Of a DNA stretch of 32,000 bases, positions 8,896 to 17,090 are shown in pieces; within the stretch, counting starts at the first letter, position 1; every line of letters begins with the position of its first letter. Source of the DNA: Vibrio vulnificus CMCP6. Its GTDB lineage: Bacteria; Pseudomonadota; Gammaproteobacteria; Enterobacterales; Vibrionaceae. Both the position numbers and the translations under genes were made by a program. The DNA is taken from NCBI RefSeq assembly GCF_000039765.1, contig NC_004459.3, forward strand, positions 2,001,127 through 2,033,126, given 5' to 3'. The notes under the pieces were generated by a model that was not told where the DNA came from, ran no database searches, and worked only from the letters and a program-made list of their open reading frames with translations.

Positions 8896-10473
8896 TTATT
8901 TCACCTGATTTTTAATGAACTCGCCCAACTCGGAATGATGCAGGATGCGCGATACTGGCAAAATCGTCTCTGCTGGTCCCCAAGCAAAAACATTCACTGG
9001 TGTATGGGTGTGTGTGCCTGTCCCCCAGACGATATTTTGCTTAGTCGCTTGCTCACGAGCGATCAGGTTGGTTCTGTCGTTGTATGGGAAAAACGCATCA
9101 AAGTCGTTAATGGCTGGCACGGTTTCCTCAGCAAGATAGCTGTGGTTGGCCAAACGATATGGATTGGGTTTGTTCTTCAGGATGTTTTCAGCTTGGCCTG
9201 CGGTAATCGAAAAATCACTATTTTTATTGATGATTTCTGCTAGTTTTGCCGCGGTTTGCTGATTTTTATCCAACTTTTCAAACGCACTAAGCATGCCATA
9301 GTAGCTGGTTTTTTGGTTGTACAAACCATCGAGAATATCGAAAGCACCAAAGTTAAAGTTCGGCGCATAATCACGATTTTCGAATGCTTTTCCCGGGCGT
9401 TTCTCTGGTTTTGGCAGATTATAGCCTGAGTAGCTAAAGCCAAAAGAGCCGGTTTCGTGGTCCGCCGTGACAATAATCAAAGTGTCATCACGATCTTTAG
9501 CCCATTGGTAAACCGTATTAATCGCTTCATCAAACTTGATCATTTCATGCAGCATTGAACCGGCATCATTGCTGTGGCCAGCCCAGTCGATTTGTCCGCC
9601 TTCAACCATCAAGAAGAAACCGTCTTTGTCCTTGGCTAGGATATCCAAGGCTTTGCTGGTCATTTCTGCCAGTGTTGGTTCTTTGCGCTCTGCGTCACCT
9701 TTGGTTTGGCTGTATGTGATGCCATCGTACATGGCTGAGTTGGCAAAAAGACCCAAAAGTTTCGTCCCTTGCGCTTGCTCTAGCATGGTTTTATTGAATG
9801 CCAGAGAGTAACCCGCTTGTTGCGCTTCCGTCAGCAAGTTGCGATCATCTTTGCGTTTTGATTTTAATGCAACGTCACCTTGAGTTAGGGCTTGTAACTG
9901 TTGATAGGTTTCACCTTTGTCGTTTGCCGATTTTGGAATCCAATGACGCAAACCACCAGACAGCAGCACATCGACATCGGTAGCAAGCATGTCAGCGGCA
10001 ATTTCATTTTCCAACGAGCGATGAGGCTGGTGGGCGGCAAAGGCAGCAGGAGTGGCGTGCGTCATGCGAGTGTCGGAAATGATGCCGGTGGCTTTGCCCA
10101 TACGTTTTGCTTTTTCGAGTACAGTTTCGACGCTGTTCCCTTGCGAATCGATGCCGATCACTTCTGAACCTGTCATGATGCCGGTCGCCAGCATGGTGGC
10201 AGAACAGGCTGAATCCACCACAATCGCGTCTTCTGGATGCGTCAGCGATGAGCCGATAACGCCTTCTTGAGCGAGAGTGTAAAGTGCGGTGGTTTTGCCT
10301 TGGTAGATGGAATTTGGCGCGTTGTTGGCGTAGGTTTCCAATAGGCCAACTTGTTGTGGCCCCATGCCATCACCAATCATCAAAATGACGTTTTTAATTT
10401 CTGCAGAAAGTGCATTAAAAGAGAGCGTAGAAGTTGCTACAACGGCAACAACGGGTTTGATCAGGTGCTTCAT
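8896..10473 (-). CDS. Alkaline phosphatase (PhoA family, secreted)
   Basis: Signal peptide, metal/active-site motifs IGDGMGP, DSACSATMLATG (nucleophile Ser), DWAGHSND, VTADHETG. Confidence 0.85.
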   Translation of the reverse strand: MKHLIKPVVAVVATSTLSFNALSAEIKNVILMIGDGMGPQQVGLLETYANNAPNSIYQGKTTALYTLAQEGVIGSSLTHPEDAIVVDSACSATMLATGIMTGSEVIGIDSQGNSVETVLEKAKRMGKATGIISDTRMTHATPAAFAAHQPHRSLENEIAADMLATDVDVLLSGGLRHWIPKSANDKGETYQQLQALTQGDVALKSKRKDDRNLLTEAQQAGYSLAFNKTMLEQAQGTKLLGLFANSAMYDGITYSQTKGDAERKEPTLAEMTSKALDILAKDKDGFFLMVEGGQIDWAGHSNDAGSMLHEMIKFDEAINTVYQWAKDRDDTLIIVTADHETGSFGFSYSGYNLPKPEKRPGKAFENRDYAPNFNFGAFDILDGLYNQKTSYYGMLSAFEKLDKNQQTAAKLAEIINKNSDFSITAGQAENILKNKPNPYRLANHSYLAEETVPAINDFDAFFPYNDRTNLIAREQATKQNIVWGTGTHTHTPVNVFAWGPAETILPVSRILHHSELGEFIKNQVK

Positions 10474-10630
10474 TGTCTATCCCTTATTTATAAAAGCGGC
10501 GCCATTACAGCACTGCTTTGTGACACTTTTGCTGCAGACACAAAAACTTCATGAAAGTGAAAAAATCAGTAAAAAGAGCGCGTTGTGACAAACTTGAGCG
10601 AGCAATAATGGCGTCTGATTGAGCAAAAGA

Positions 10631-10654
10631 AAAAGCTCACCGAAGTGAGCTTTT
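10631..10654 (-). terminator. Intrinsic terminator (minus strand) downstream of the 10899..11261 gene and small ORF
   Basis: aaaagctcac/cgaa/gtgagctttt. On the minus strand the hairpin is followed by tttttcttttgc. Confidence 0.5.
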
Positions 10655-10709
10655 GAGTAAGGGAGTTGAAATTCATGGGCTAAAGCGATTTGGGGATAGC
10701 GACAACGCG

Positions 10710-10877
10710 CTATCGTTTTTTTGCTAAAACCAATCCTTGCTGTTCCACTTCAGTGAATTTCACCTCTGCATCCAGCAAAGAAGCGATATATAAATAGCGA
10801 TTTGTTTTACATGCTTCAACCAATGAAATTTGTCGTGGCGAAAAATGCGCAGGCTCCCGACAATGTTCAACCCCCAT
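10710..10877 (-). CDS. Unannotated 55-aa ORF (below the track cutoff), hypothetical
   Basis: ATG at 10877, TAG at 10710. Translation MGVEHCREPAHFSPRQISLVEACKTNRYLYIASLLDAEVKFTEVEQQGLVLAKKR looks protein-like. No clear SD, so weak. Confidence 0.3.
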   Translation of the reverse strand: MGVEHCREPAHFSPRQISLVEACKTNRYLYIASLLDAEVKFTEVEQQGLVLAKKR

Positions 10878-10898
10878 TAGAGAGGATAAGTGTAAAAA

Positions 10899-11261
10899 TC
10901 ACACCAAAATCATCAACAAACCACCGATAGTGGCAGCGGCAGAAAGATATTGTCCTGCAGAATAGGAGCCATCATCTTCCTCTTTTATCTTGTCGGGATG
11001 GTCCATGCCTAACGCACCGTAGGTAAAGGATTCCACTTTGTCGCCCACGGTTTTGTTTTCCGCTTCGACTTTTTTGCTCTCTTTATCGATCTCTTGGAGC
11101 GCAGAAAGCAGCGCTTTTCCTTCTTCAGAAAGCGTCACTTTGTTTTGTTCTACCTGCAGCGGAGCTGGGGCACTTTCCTTTGCCGCATTTGGGTTAGCTG
11201 TCTGTTTCTGTGCTGAAGCGTATGCTTCGACAGGTCTTGAACCGACTGGATTCATAACCAT
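10899..11261 (-). CDS. Hypothetical protein with a C-terminal membrane anchor
   Basis: 120 aa, hydrophilic Lys/Glu-rich body, C-terminal hydrophobic AAATIGGLLMILV. No family recognised. Confidence 0.5.
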   Translation of the reverse strand: MVMNPVGSRPVEAYASAQKQTANPNAAKESAPAPLQVEQNKVTLSEEGKALLSALQEIDKESKKVEAENKTVGDKVESFTYGALGMDHPDKIKEEDDGSYSAGQYLSAAATIGGLLMILV

Positions 11262-11313
11262 CTCCTAAGCGAATCCTAAATACTCTATCGGCGGCGTTGG
11301 AGAAAACTTGTGC

Positions 11314-11360
11314 AAAAAAAGCCTGTTTTGCCGCTTTTTTAATCAAGCAAAAAACAGGCC
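11314..11360 (-). terminator. Intrinsic terminator of the ChaN-like gene
   Basis: GCCTGTTTT ... AAAACAGGC arms; on the minus strand the hairpin is followed by a T7 run. Confidence 0.45.
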
Positions 11361-11390
11361 TAACTGAGATGGAAGTTGAAAAGAATCGCG

Positions 11391-12317
11391 CTATTTGCAG
11401 GTCAGATCGTCATTACGTTTTTTTAAATCCTGAAACGCCTTCATTTGATTGCTTTTTTGCACATAACGTACCGGCGGTTCCAGTACCAGTAGTTGGTAAT
11501 CGCTGCCTTGCTCATCGACGCTTGATACCGGAGAGATCACCACCACCTTTAAGGAGGGATCACGACGCAGAATCGAGTGAGCGGTGCCTAAGCCCTGCTC
11601 AATATGAAATTTTCCTGCGACATGGATAACTTGCGTGTTGGGGTGTTGCTGGCGGTAGTTGACGATCGATTCTGCCATGGTTTCATCCCAAGTCACTTGA
11701 GCAGCAAACTGTTTCTCGGTTTGCTCTGGTTTGCCGTGGTGCATCGACGCCATGAACTTGCTTTTGTATTCGCTTTCACCGGTGTTGATCTCACTTGCCA
11801 AAAAGCCACGCTCTTCTTGGGTTAGCTTATCGAGGTAAGCCAAACCTTGGCGGCCAATGCAACGTACCGTGCTTTTCGGTGCGTTCGCGGCAATCACATC
11901 CATCTGTTTGGATTTGGCCAGCTCAATCAAAGGTCGGTAATCACTCTCGTAGTTTGGCCACGCATTGCCTTGTTGGATAAGCACTTGCTCACCAATCTCG
12001 CCCGCCAAATATTGGTTCACTATGGTTTGTTTATCGCGGGTAAATTGTTCCATAGATAGCGCGACGCGGTGTTGTGTACTGAGCGTTTTGAGCAGGTCGG
12101 TTTGGAAGCGATGAACACCCGCGTGCGTGTGCCATTCGCCAATTAAAATGACATCCGCATTTTGAACCGATTGAGGTAATTGTTGCAGTGAAAGGGCAGT
12201 ACCTTCTGGCGAGTAAAGCTGGTAGTCGTAGAAGCTTAGTGGGTCGCTTGTGAGCGCTTGGTTAGCACAGCCGCTCAGCATCATTGACGCCAAAAGAAGA
12301 GAAATAGTTGATCGCAT
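11391..12317 (-). CDS. ChaN-family (haem-binding-like) lipoprotein
   Basis: Lipobox MMLSGC. Body ...ADVILIGEWHTHAGVH...LSMEQFTRDKQ... resembles the ChaN/Cofac_haem_bdg family (EXH, ...MEMF motifs). Confidence 0.65.
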   Translation of the reverse strand: MRSTISLLLASMMLSGCANQALTSDPLSFYDYQLYSPEGTALSLQQLPQSVQNADVILIGEWHTHAGVHRFQTDLLKTLSTQHRVALSMEQFTRDKQTIVNQYLAGEIGEQVLIQQGNAWPNYESDYRPLIELAKSKQMDVIAANAPKSTVRCIGRQGLAYLDKLTQEERGFLASEINTGESEYKSKFMASMHHGKPEQTEKQFAAQVTWDETMAESIVNYRQQHPNTQVIHVAGKFHIEQGLGTAHSILRRDPSLKVVVISPVSSVDEQGSDYQLLVLEPPVRYVQKSNQMKAFQDLKKRNDDLTCK

Positions 12318-12411
12318 AATACTGCCTCCATTAAAAACGTCGCAGAGTGTAATGGAGGCGGTCTAGAACTTCAACAATAATGAGAATAATTCTCTTTATT
12401 GTTTTGTCTGG

Positions 12412-13236
12412 CTATTTTGCTGTTTTGCGGTAAACACGCAACATGAAATCGGCCTCACACTGGAACAGTGTAGCGGACTTTAGCTCGTCGCGAAGGGCAT
12501 CGCTGGCTTTCCAAGCAAAGGGGGTCATTTGCAGTAAGTCAAACGCATCTTGGCCTGCTAAGTCCATTACGTAATTGAGCTTTTCTTGGTGCTCTAGCGT
12601 AAATCCATCCATTTGCTCTGGTTCTTCGCTATGCAGTTTGAGCTCGGCGTAAATCTTCTCTTTCAGTTGCAGTAAGTGGCGGCCAGCAGGCGTTACCGTG
12701 ATCACAACGCCATTGTCGGCAATGCATCGCGCCAGCTCTTCGGCCTTGCATGGTGCGTAAATGCGGAGGATGCCGTCCAACGCTTCGTCTGCAAAGGGAA
12801 GTCGATGGCTGGAAGCGACACAAAACTTAACATTAGGGTAGCGTTTTGCCGCGAAACGAACGGCGATTTTGGAAATGTCCAAACCAAATGTTTTGGCTTC
12901 TGGGTGCTGCGCGACCAAGGTTTTGGCGACTTCATCGGTGTAGTAACCTTCACCACAACCAATATCGAGCAGGCGGTGCGGCGTACCTTGCAGGTATTGG
13001 CGGCAAAGTTGCGCCACTTTTTGACGCATTGGGTCGTAATGGTTGCCTTCAAGGAAGCGGCGGCGAGCCTGCATCATCTCTTTGTTGTCACCGGGATCTT
13101 TCGAACGTTTGTGATGGGCAGGCATCAAGTTAACGTAACCTTCTTTGGCCAGGTCAAATTGATGATTATTGGAACATTTGAACGTGCGCTCTGCTTGCTC
13201 TAACGCAAGGTGACACAAGGGGCATTGATACGCCAT
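12412..13236 (-). CDS. rlmA: 23S rRNA (guanine745-N1)-methyltransferase RlmA
   Basis: Start at MAYQCPLCHLAL (13236). N-terminal Zn motif CPLC...C..NH, YVNLMP, SAM motif LLDIGCGEGYY; colinear with E. coli RrmA/RlmA. Confidence 0.85.
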   Translation of the reverse strand: MAYQCPLCHLALEQAERTFKCSNNHQFDLAKEGYVNLMPAHHKRSKDPGDNKEMMQARRRFLEGNHYDPMRQKVAQLCRQYLQGTPHRLLDIGCGEGYYTDEVAKTLVAQHPEAKTFGLDISKIAVRFAAKRYPNVKFCVASSHRLPFADEALDGILRIYAPCKAEELARCIADNGVVITVTPAGRHLLQLKEKIYAELKLHSEEPEQMDGFTLEHQEKLNYVMDLAGQDAFDLLQMTPFAWKASDALRDELKSATLFQCEADFMLRVYRKTAK

Positions 13237-13344
13237 GAAGACCTCAAAAAGGGGCGATGAAACAGGCGGCAAAGTCTAACAGGAACCGCCTGTTTTAACC
13301 AGTTTGAGTCTCGGCAGGCCAAGATTTTACCCGCCGAAAAAGAC

Positions 13345-14202
13345 TTATTTGGTGTGGTATTGCTCGCAAGCAAGCATGGTGTTTTCGATGAGGCTGGCCA
13401 CCGTCATTGGGCCAACACCACCGGGCACTGGAGTAATGAAGCTGGCGCGTTCACGAGCCTTGTTATACTCCACATCACCAATCAGCTTACCCGATTCAAG
13501 GCGGTTGATGCCGACATCGACCACGATCGCGCCTTCTTTGACCCATTCACCAGGAATGAAATTTGGCTTACCGACCGCAACCACGAGCACATCAGCTTGG
13601 CGAACATGGCCTTCAAGATCTTTCGTGAAGCGGTGACAGGTGGTCGTGGTACAACCTGCCAGCAGAAGCTCGAGTGTCATTGGGCGGCCAACAATGTTTG
13701 ATGCACCCACGATCACCGCATGCTTACCACGTAGTGCGATGTTGTAACGCTCAAGCAGCGTAATGATGCCTTTTGGTGTGCACGAACGCAGTTTAGGGAT
13801 GCGCTGCGCTAAGCGGCCAACGTTGTACGGGTGGAAACCATCCACATCTTTCTCTGGATGAATGCTTTCTAGCACGTGCGTGCTGTCAATGCCCGCAGGA
13901 AGAGGAAGTTGAACCAGAATACCGTCGATTTCAGCATCATTATTGAGCTCATCGATCAGAGCCAGCAGTTCTTCTTCTGAAGTTGAAGCGGGTAGATCAA
14001 ACGATTTAGAGACAAAGCCCACTTCCTCACACGCGCGACGTTTGCTGCCAACGTAAACTTGAGACGCTGGATCTTCGCCAACCAACACAACGGCTAAGCC
14101 AGGCGCACGTAATCCCGCAGCTACACGAGCTTTTACGCGAGCAGCGACTTCGGATCGAACAGTTTGGGAAATGAGAGTTCCATCGATATTTTGAGCAGTC
14201 AT
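13345..14202 (-). CDS. folD: Bifunctional methylenetetrahydrofolate dehydrogenase/cyclohydrolase FolD
   Basis: Start at [12 protein letters not shown] (14202). [49 protein letters not shown]: canonical FolD motifs. Confidence 0.95.
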   Translation of the reverse strand: MTAQNIDGTLISQTVRSEVAARVKARVAAGLRAPGLAVVLVGEDPASQVYVGSKRRACEEVGFVSKSFDLPASTSEEELLALIDELNNDAEIDGILVQLPLPAGIDSTHVLESIHPEKDVDGFHPYNVGRLAQRIPKLRSCTPKGIITLLERYNIALRGKHAVIVGASNIVGRPMTLELLLAGCTTTTCHRFTKDLEGHVRQADVLVVAVGKPNFIPGEWVKEGAIVVDVGINRLESGKLIGDVEYNKARERASFITPVPGGVGPMTVASLIENTMLACEQYHTK

Positions 14203-14362
14203 GACTTTCCTTAAGAATACGAATGGCAAAAACTTGGCGCGTATTGTCGCAAATGATCAAATAAATATCTATACGCAAACGTTTGCTTTGGGTCGTTTTT
14301 AAGCATATTTAATGTGGACGCCCTTTTTTTAGCCATTTGATTCAGTTTGTTAAGAAAACCCG

Positions 14363-14390
14363 TTGATTTACCGAAATGAACTCGTATAAT
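14363..14390 (+). promoter_or_regulatory. Sigma70-type promoter of the tRNA-Arg gene
   Basis: TTGATT (14363-14368), 16-nt spacer, TATAAT (14385-14390), 14 nt before the mature tRNA 5' end. Confidence 0.6.
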
Positions 14391-14404
14391 CCTGTCCCTG
14401 TAGC

Positions 14405-14481
14405 GCGCCCTTAGCTCAGCTGGATAGAGCACGTCCCTTCTAAGGATGTGGTCGTAGGTTCGAATCCTACAGGGCGTGCCA
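14405..14481 (+). tRNA. tRNA-Arg (anticodon UCU), CCA encoded
   Basis: Manual cloverleaf: acceptor GCGCCCT/AGGGCGT (G1-U72), D arm GCTC-AGCTGGATA-GAGC, anticodon arm CGTCC-CTTCTAA-GGATG, variable TGGTC, T arm GTAGG-TTCGAAT-CCTAC, discriminator G, then CCA. 77 nt. Confidence 0.95.
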
Positions 14482-14490
14482 TATTCTATA

Positions 14491-14531
14491 AGGCCTGACA
14501 GCTTATTAAGTTGTCAGGCCTTTGTCGTTTT
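14491..14531 (+). terminator. Intrinsic terminator after the tRNA
   Basis: 10-bp perfect stem aggcctgaca/tgtcaggcct followed by tttgtcgtttt. Confidence 0.7.
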
Positions 14532-14540
14532 GGGTGTTTA

Positions 14541-14564
14541 TAGTCGGCTAAGTAGTCGGTTAAG
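14541..14564. repeat. Tandem 12-mer TAGTCGGCTAAG / TAGTCGGTTAAG
   Basis: Two adjacent copies with one mismatch, 60 nt after the tRNA 3' end. Confidence 0.5.
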
Positions 14565-14649
14565 CTTGTAGCTTAATGTAATCATCTGTAATGAATACAT
14601 AAGTTCGCTTTCTTCTCGCGGCTAGGTATTTGAGACTAAAATGCAAATC

Positions 14650-14674
14650 AGCCCCACTGTGAGGCTGATTGATC
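14650..14674 (-). terminator. Hairpin terminating the four-gene operon
   Basis: aatcagcc/ccactgtga/ggctgatt, 4 nt downstream of the stop at 14678. On the minus strand it is followed by tgcatttta (a modest U-tract). Confidence 0.45.
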
Positions 14675-14677
14675 TAT

Positions 14678-15466
14678 TTAATTAGAGTTTTTCCTATAAA
14701 ACACAACCATCTCACTGATTGAATTAAATTTGCTACCAACCTCTTTCCAAACGCACTCTTCACAAAGAAGCCCTCGTCCATATCTTGCTGTTTTCTCACC
14801 GCAGCATAGGCAGATAGGATCATTGGTCTTTATACTGTTTTCTGCAATCTCTGTATCTTTGCATAGTTGTTCTATGGTTGACTCAGGCCAGCGAAGCATT
14901 TCAACTAAGTCTTCCCAATGATTTAAGAGATAGTTGAATACTTCTTCTGAGCTTAATAATTTAACTGGGCTTTTAGATGGATAAAGCTGCCGAGCCATCT
15001 TGTGTGTATCCACTCTTAGGATTATGTCTATATCTTCGGGGACAGCTTCAGGTAACAAATGACGACTGCTCTCGAAAGGGATATCCATCACTACCGATAT
15101 GTTAGAGGTTAAGTCTTTAGTGTATGCATCAACTTGAAATCCAGATTTGGTACATTCAACCTCCCATTGCACATCATTAAAATCCCACTCATCTAAATCA
15201 AAGTTAACTAGAGTTGGGAGCTGTTGCCTTATAATCAGTGCCAATGCAGTAACGGGGGAGAATTCACACTCAGAACTTGTTGTATTTTTATCGGTACGGT
15301 GTGCAAAGTGCCATTGGTTGATATTTCCCAACCTCGCAGTAACTGAGGTTCCACATGATAAACAATGACAGTTGCAATCATCGCCACGCTCCACTTGCTC
15401 AATCCCCACTATTCGGTTTGAACTGTTACTGCGAGCGAAAGGCATAAGGACTTGAAATGAAGACAT
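14678..15466 (-). CDS. CoiA-like (PD-(D/E)xK-type) nuclease candidate with N- and C-terminal zinc-ribbon motifs; fourth gene of the NTase operon
   Basis: 262 aa. CNCHCLSCG-x14-HFAH is the CoiA-family N-terminal signature. Candidate nuclease core QVDAY...ISVVMDIPFESS. C-terminal CLCCGEK...CEEC ribbon. ATG with AGAGG SD; only 11 nt separate it from the upstream stop. Confidence 0.55.
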   Translation of the reverse strand: MSSFQVLMPFARSNSSNRIVGIEQVERGDDCNCHCLSCGTSVTARLGNINQWHFAHRTDKNTTSSECEFSPVTALALIIRQQLPTLVNFDLDEWDFNDVQWEVECTKSGFQVDAYTKDLTSNISVVMDIPFESSRHLLPEAVPEDIDIILRVDTHKMARQLYPSKSPVKLLSSEEVFNYLLNHWEDLVEMLRWPESTIEQLCKDTEIAENSIKTNDPICLCCGEKTARYGRGLLCEECVWKEVGSKFNSISEMVVFYRKNSN

Positions 15467-15477
15467 ATAAAGACCTC

Positions 15478-16599
15478 TTATACGGCTTGCTCTAAGTCAT
15501 CATTAAACTCAGTCAGTCTAATAGATGGCTCTGCGTGGGGTAAGTTAGTAATTGATACCCCCCAAGGGTAAGGGGTTTTGTTATCTTTTTCGTATTGGTA
15601 AATCGTAATGTGAGGAAGGTTCCGTCTGTCGTACGCTTGACCAAATTTGAATGCTACGCTGTTTTGAGAAGCTAATACGAGGTGTATATCGTTATAGCCT
15701 TCTTCCATGAGATTTTTAACTTCTTCGATCAAATCATAAGCTAAACGACTTTGCTTTTTACTTGACCAGTGATTATCAAAACGCTTTTCCCTCAGTTTCA
15801 AATGTATCTGTGGCATCTTTGGAAAACAGAGGTCAATAGCTTTCTCATCAACAGGGTAAGAGAAAGATACAGCAAGAACGATAGATTCTTTGCTATCAGC
15901 ATGCTTTATTGTCTTTTCAAACTTCTCATTGTCGTCACTAATCGGATCGAGTTCTTTCCAGCTTGATAGTTGTCGATCCCAGTCGAGCACTTCAATATGA
16001 GACTCATCATCCAACAAATATCCTGATAGGAAAGCAAAAGGAACAGGAACTAAACCACCATAAACAATGTGAAAATCTTCAGCAGCAACACTATTTCTTC
16101 GCTCTTCTATAGAGTGCTCTAGATTGAGGAATTTCTTAAGTGCTAATTTGGGTTGGCTTACAGTGCCATTGGCAAGACTGTCTCGGATATCTATTACTGT
16201 ATTGGAAATATTTCGGCCTTTGTATTTTTTCTGAACGTGCTCTGATAGTGGTGAGTCAGATGTGTTTACGAGTCCTCTTTGCTCAATAGCGAATACAATT
16301 TGTTTAGCCAATTGTCGGTGTTCTATAACTGAGCGGACTATCTGCCAAGCTAGCCCAGTTGCCATTAGGAGTATACTGAAATAAAAACCGATAGAAACGA
16401 GTAGAGCAGGGACATCAGAACCAGCAACGTCAAGGCTAATGAGTTGGCTAGCTGTTACGTATTGAACATTGAATGCTACGCCTCCCATCAATGTTATCGG
16501 GAAGAAATAGGCTCCTGTCCTGAAAATTAACAAGGCAGGAGAGCGTTTTCTGAATAGCCAGTTGATGGTCTGAACAACGATATAAGTCAAAAGGTTCAT
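15478..16599 (-). CDS. 2TM-SAVED effector (Cap14-like: N-terminal transmembrane helices plus C-terminal SAVED sensor)
   Basis: 373 aa. The N-terminal ~95 aa contain 2-3 hydrophobic helices. The C-terminal part carries SAVED-like repeats (FHIVYGGLVPVPFAFLSGYLL ... IHLVLASQNSVAFKFGQAYDRRNLPHITIYQYE). Its ATG overlaps the upstream TAA by 1 nt (TAATG). Confidence 0.7.
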   Translation of the reverse strand: MNLLTYIVVQTINWLFRKRSPALLIFRTGAYFFPITLMGGVAFNVQYVTASQLISLDVAGSDVPALLVSIGFYFSILLMATGLAWQIVRSVIEHRQLAKQIVFAIEQRGLVNTSDSPLSEHVQKKYKGRNISNTVIDIRDSLANGTVSQPKLALKKFLNLEHSIEERRNSVAAEDFHIVYGGLVPVPFAFLSGYLLDDESHIEVLDWDRQLSSWKELDPISDDNEKFEKTIKHADSKESIVLAVSFSYPVDEKAIDLCFPKMPQIHLKLREKRFDNHWSSKKQSRLAYDLIEEVKNLMEEGYNDIHLVLASQNSVAFKFGQAYDRRNLPHITIYQYEKDNKTPYPWGVSITNLPHAEPSIRLTEFNDDLEQAV

Positions 16600-17090
16600 T
16601 ACTTTCCTTTGTTTGCTGGTTGATGGTGAGAGTTGTTGATTTGATCCATATATTGCTCAATAGTTAGTTCACCAGGGTGAACACCACCACCACGCCATTC
16701 TCCATCTGATAACCAAAGCTCCCAGTACCACAGCCATTCTTGCGTCCATGGGATGATTGATTCAGCGATTAACATACTAGGCACCCAGTCTTTGGAGCTA
16801 CCGTTGTTAAACATTAGGCAGGGTTTAGTATTCCCTTTGGAGAAGAACTCATGAGGTGAGCGCTTCCCTCCTGCTAGATCTCTTAGATTCGGGGACAACA
16901 CCTCGACCTCAGGAATACAACCTAACCCAGCCCATTTAACAAGGATTAGGTATTCTCGGGTAAGTCGAGAAGGTTGTAGTACTTGTCTCCATTCCAGTTT
17001 TAGACCTGTTTTACCTTTGAGTATTCTACCTTTGCCACCATGGTAACGTTTTTGTAGCGCGTTAAGCTGCCTTTGAAGGTGATGGCACAT
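16599..17090 (-). CDS. Small E2 (UBC-fold)-like protein
   Basis: 163 aa. SPH80-x10-C91-LMF...W102VPSMLIAESIIPW mirrors the E2 HPN-x(~9)-C...W..P pattern. Its ATG abuts the NTase stop with zero spacing. Confidence 0.55.
   Translation of the reverse strand: MCHHLQRQLNALQKRYHGGKGRILKGKTGLKLEWRQVLQPSRLTREYLILVKWAGLGCIPEVEVLSPNLRDLAGGKRSPHEFFSKGNTKPCLMFNNGSSKDWVPSMLIAESIIPWTQEWLWYWELWLSDGEWRGGGVHPGELTIEQYMDQINNSHHQPANKGK

Noticed and set aside
10474-10600. Pho box upstream of the alkaline phosphatase gene
   Set aside because: I looked for CTGTCAT-N4-CTGTCAT repeats. Only loose matches such as CTTTCAT and GTGTCAC were found, without the proper 11-bp phasing, so the sequence alone does not support it.
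12676-13203. Long antisense ORFs inside confirmed genes: this 175-aa example in rlmA, plus 1040..1399, 5750..6154, 13354..13701, 21374..21817, 21741..22196 and 27468..27803
   Set aside because: Each lies opposite a gene with clear family motifs and translates to low-complexity or Cys/Arg/Ser-rich sequence, which is typical of frame shadows.
14211-14432. 73-aa minus-strand ORF (GTG start) overlapping the tRNA-Arg gene and its promoter
   Set aside because: It runs antisense through a well-folded tRNA and promoter, has an alternative start and lacks an RBS, so it is a shadow ORF.
16448-16660. 70-aa ORF spanning the E2-like / SAVED-effector junction
   Set aside because: It is out of frame with, and completely overlapped by, two tightly coupled genes on the same strand, and has no independent signals.
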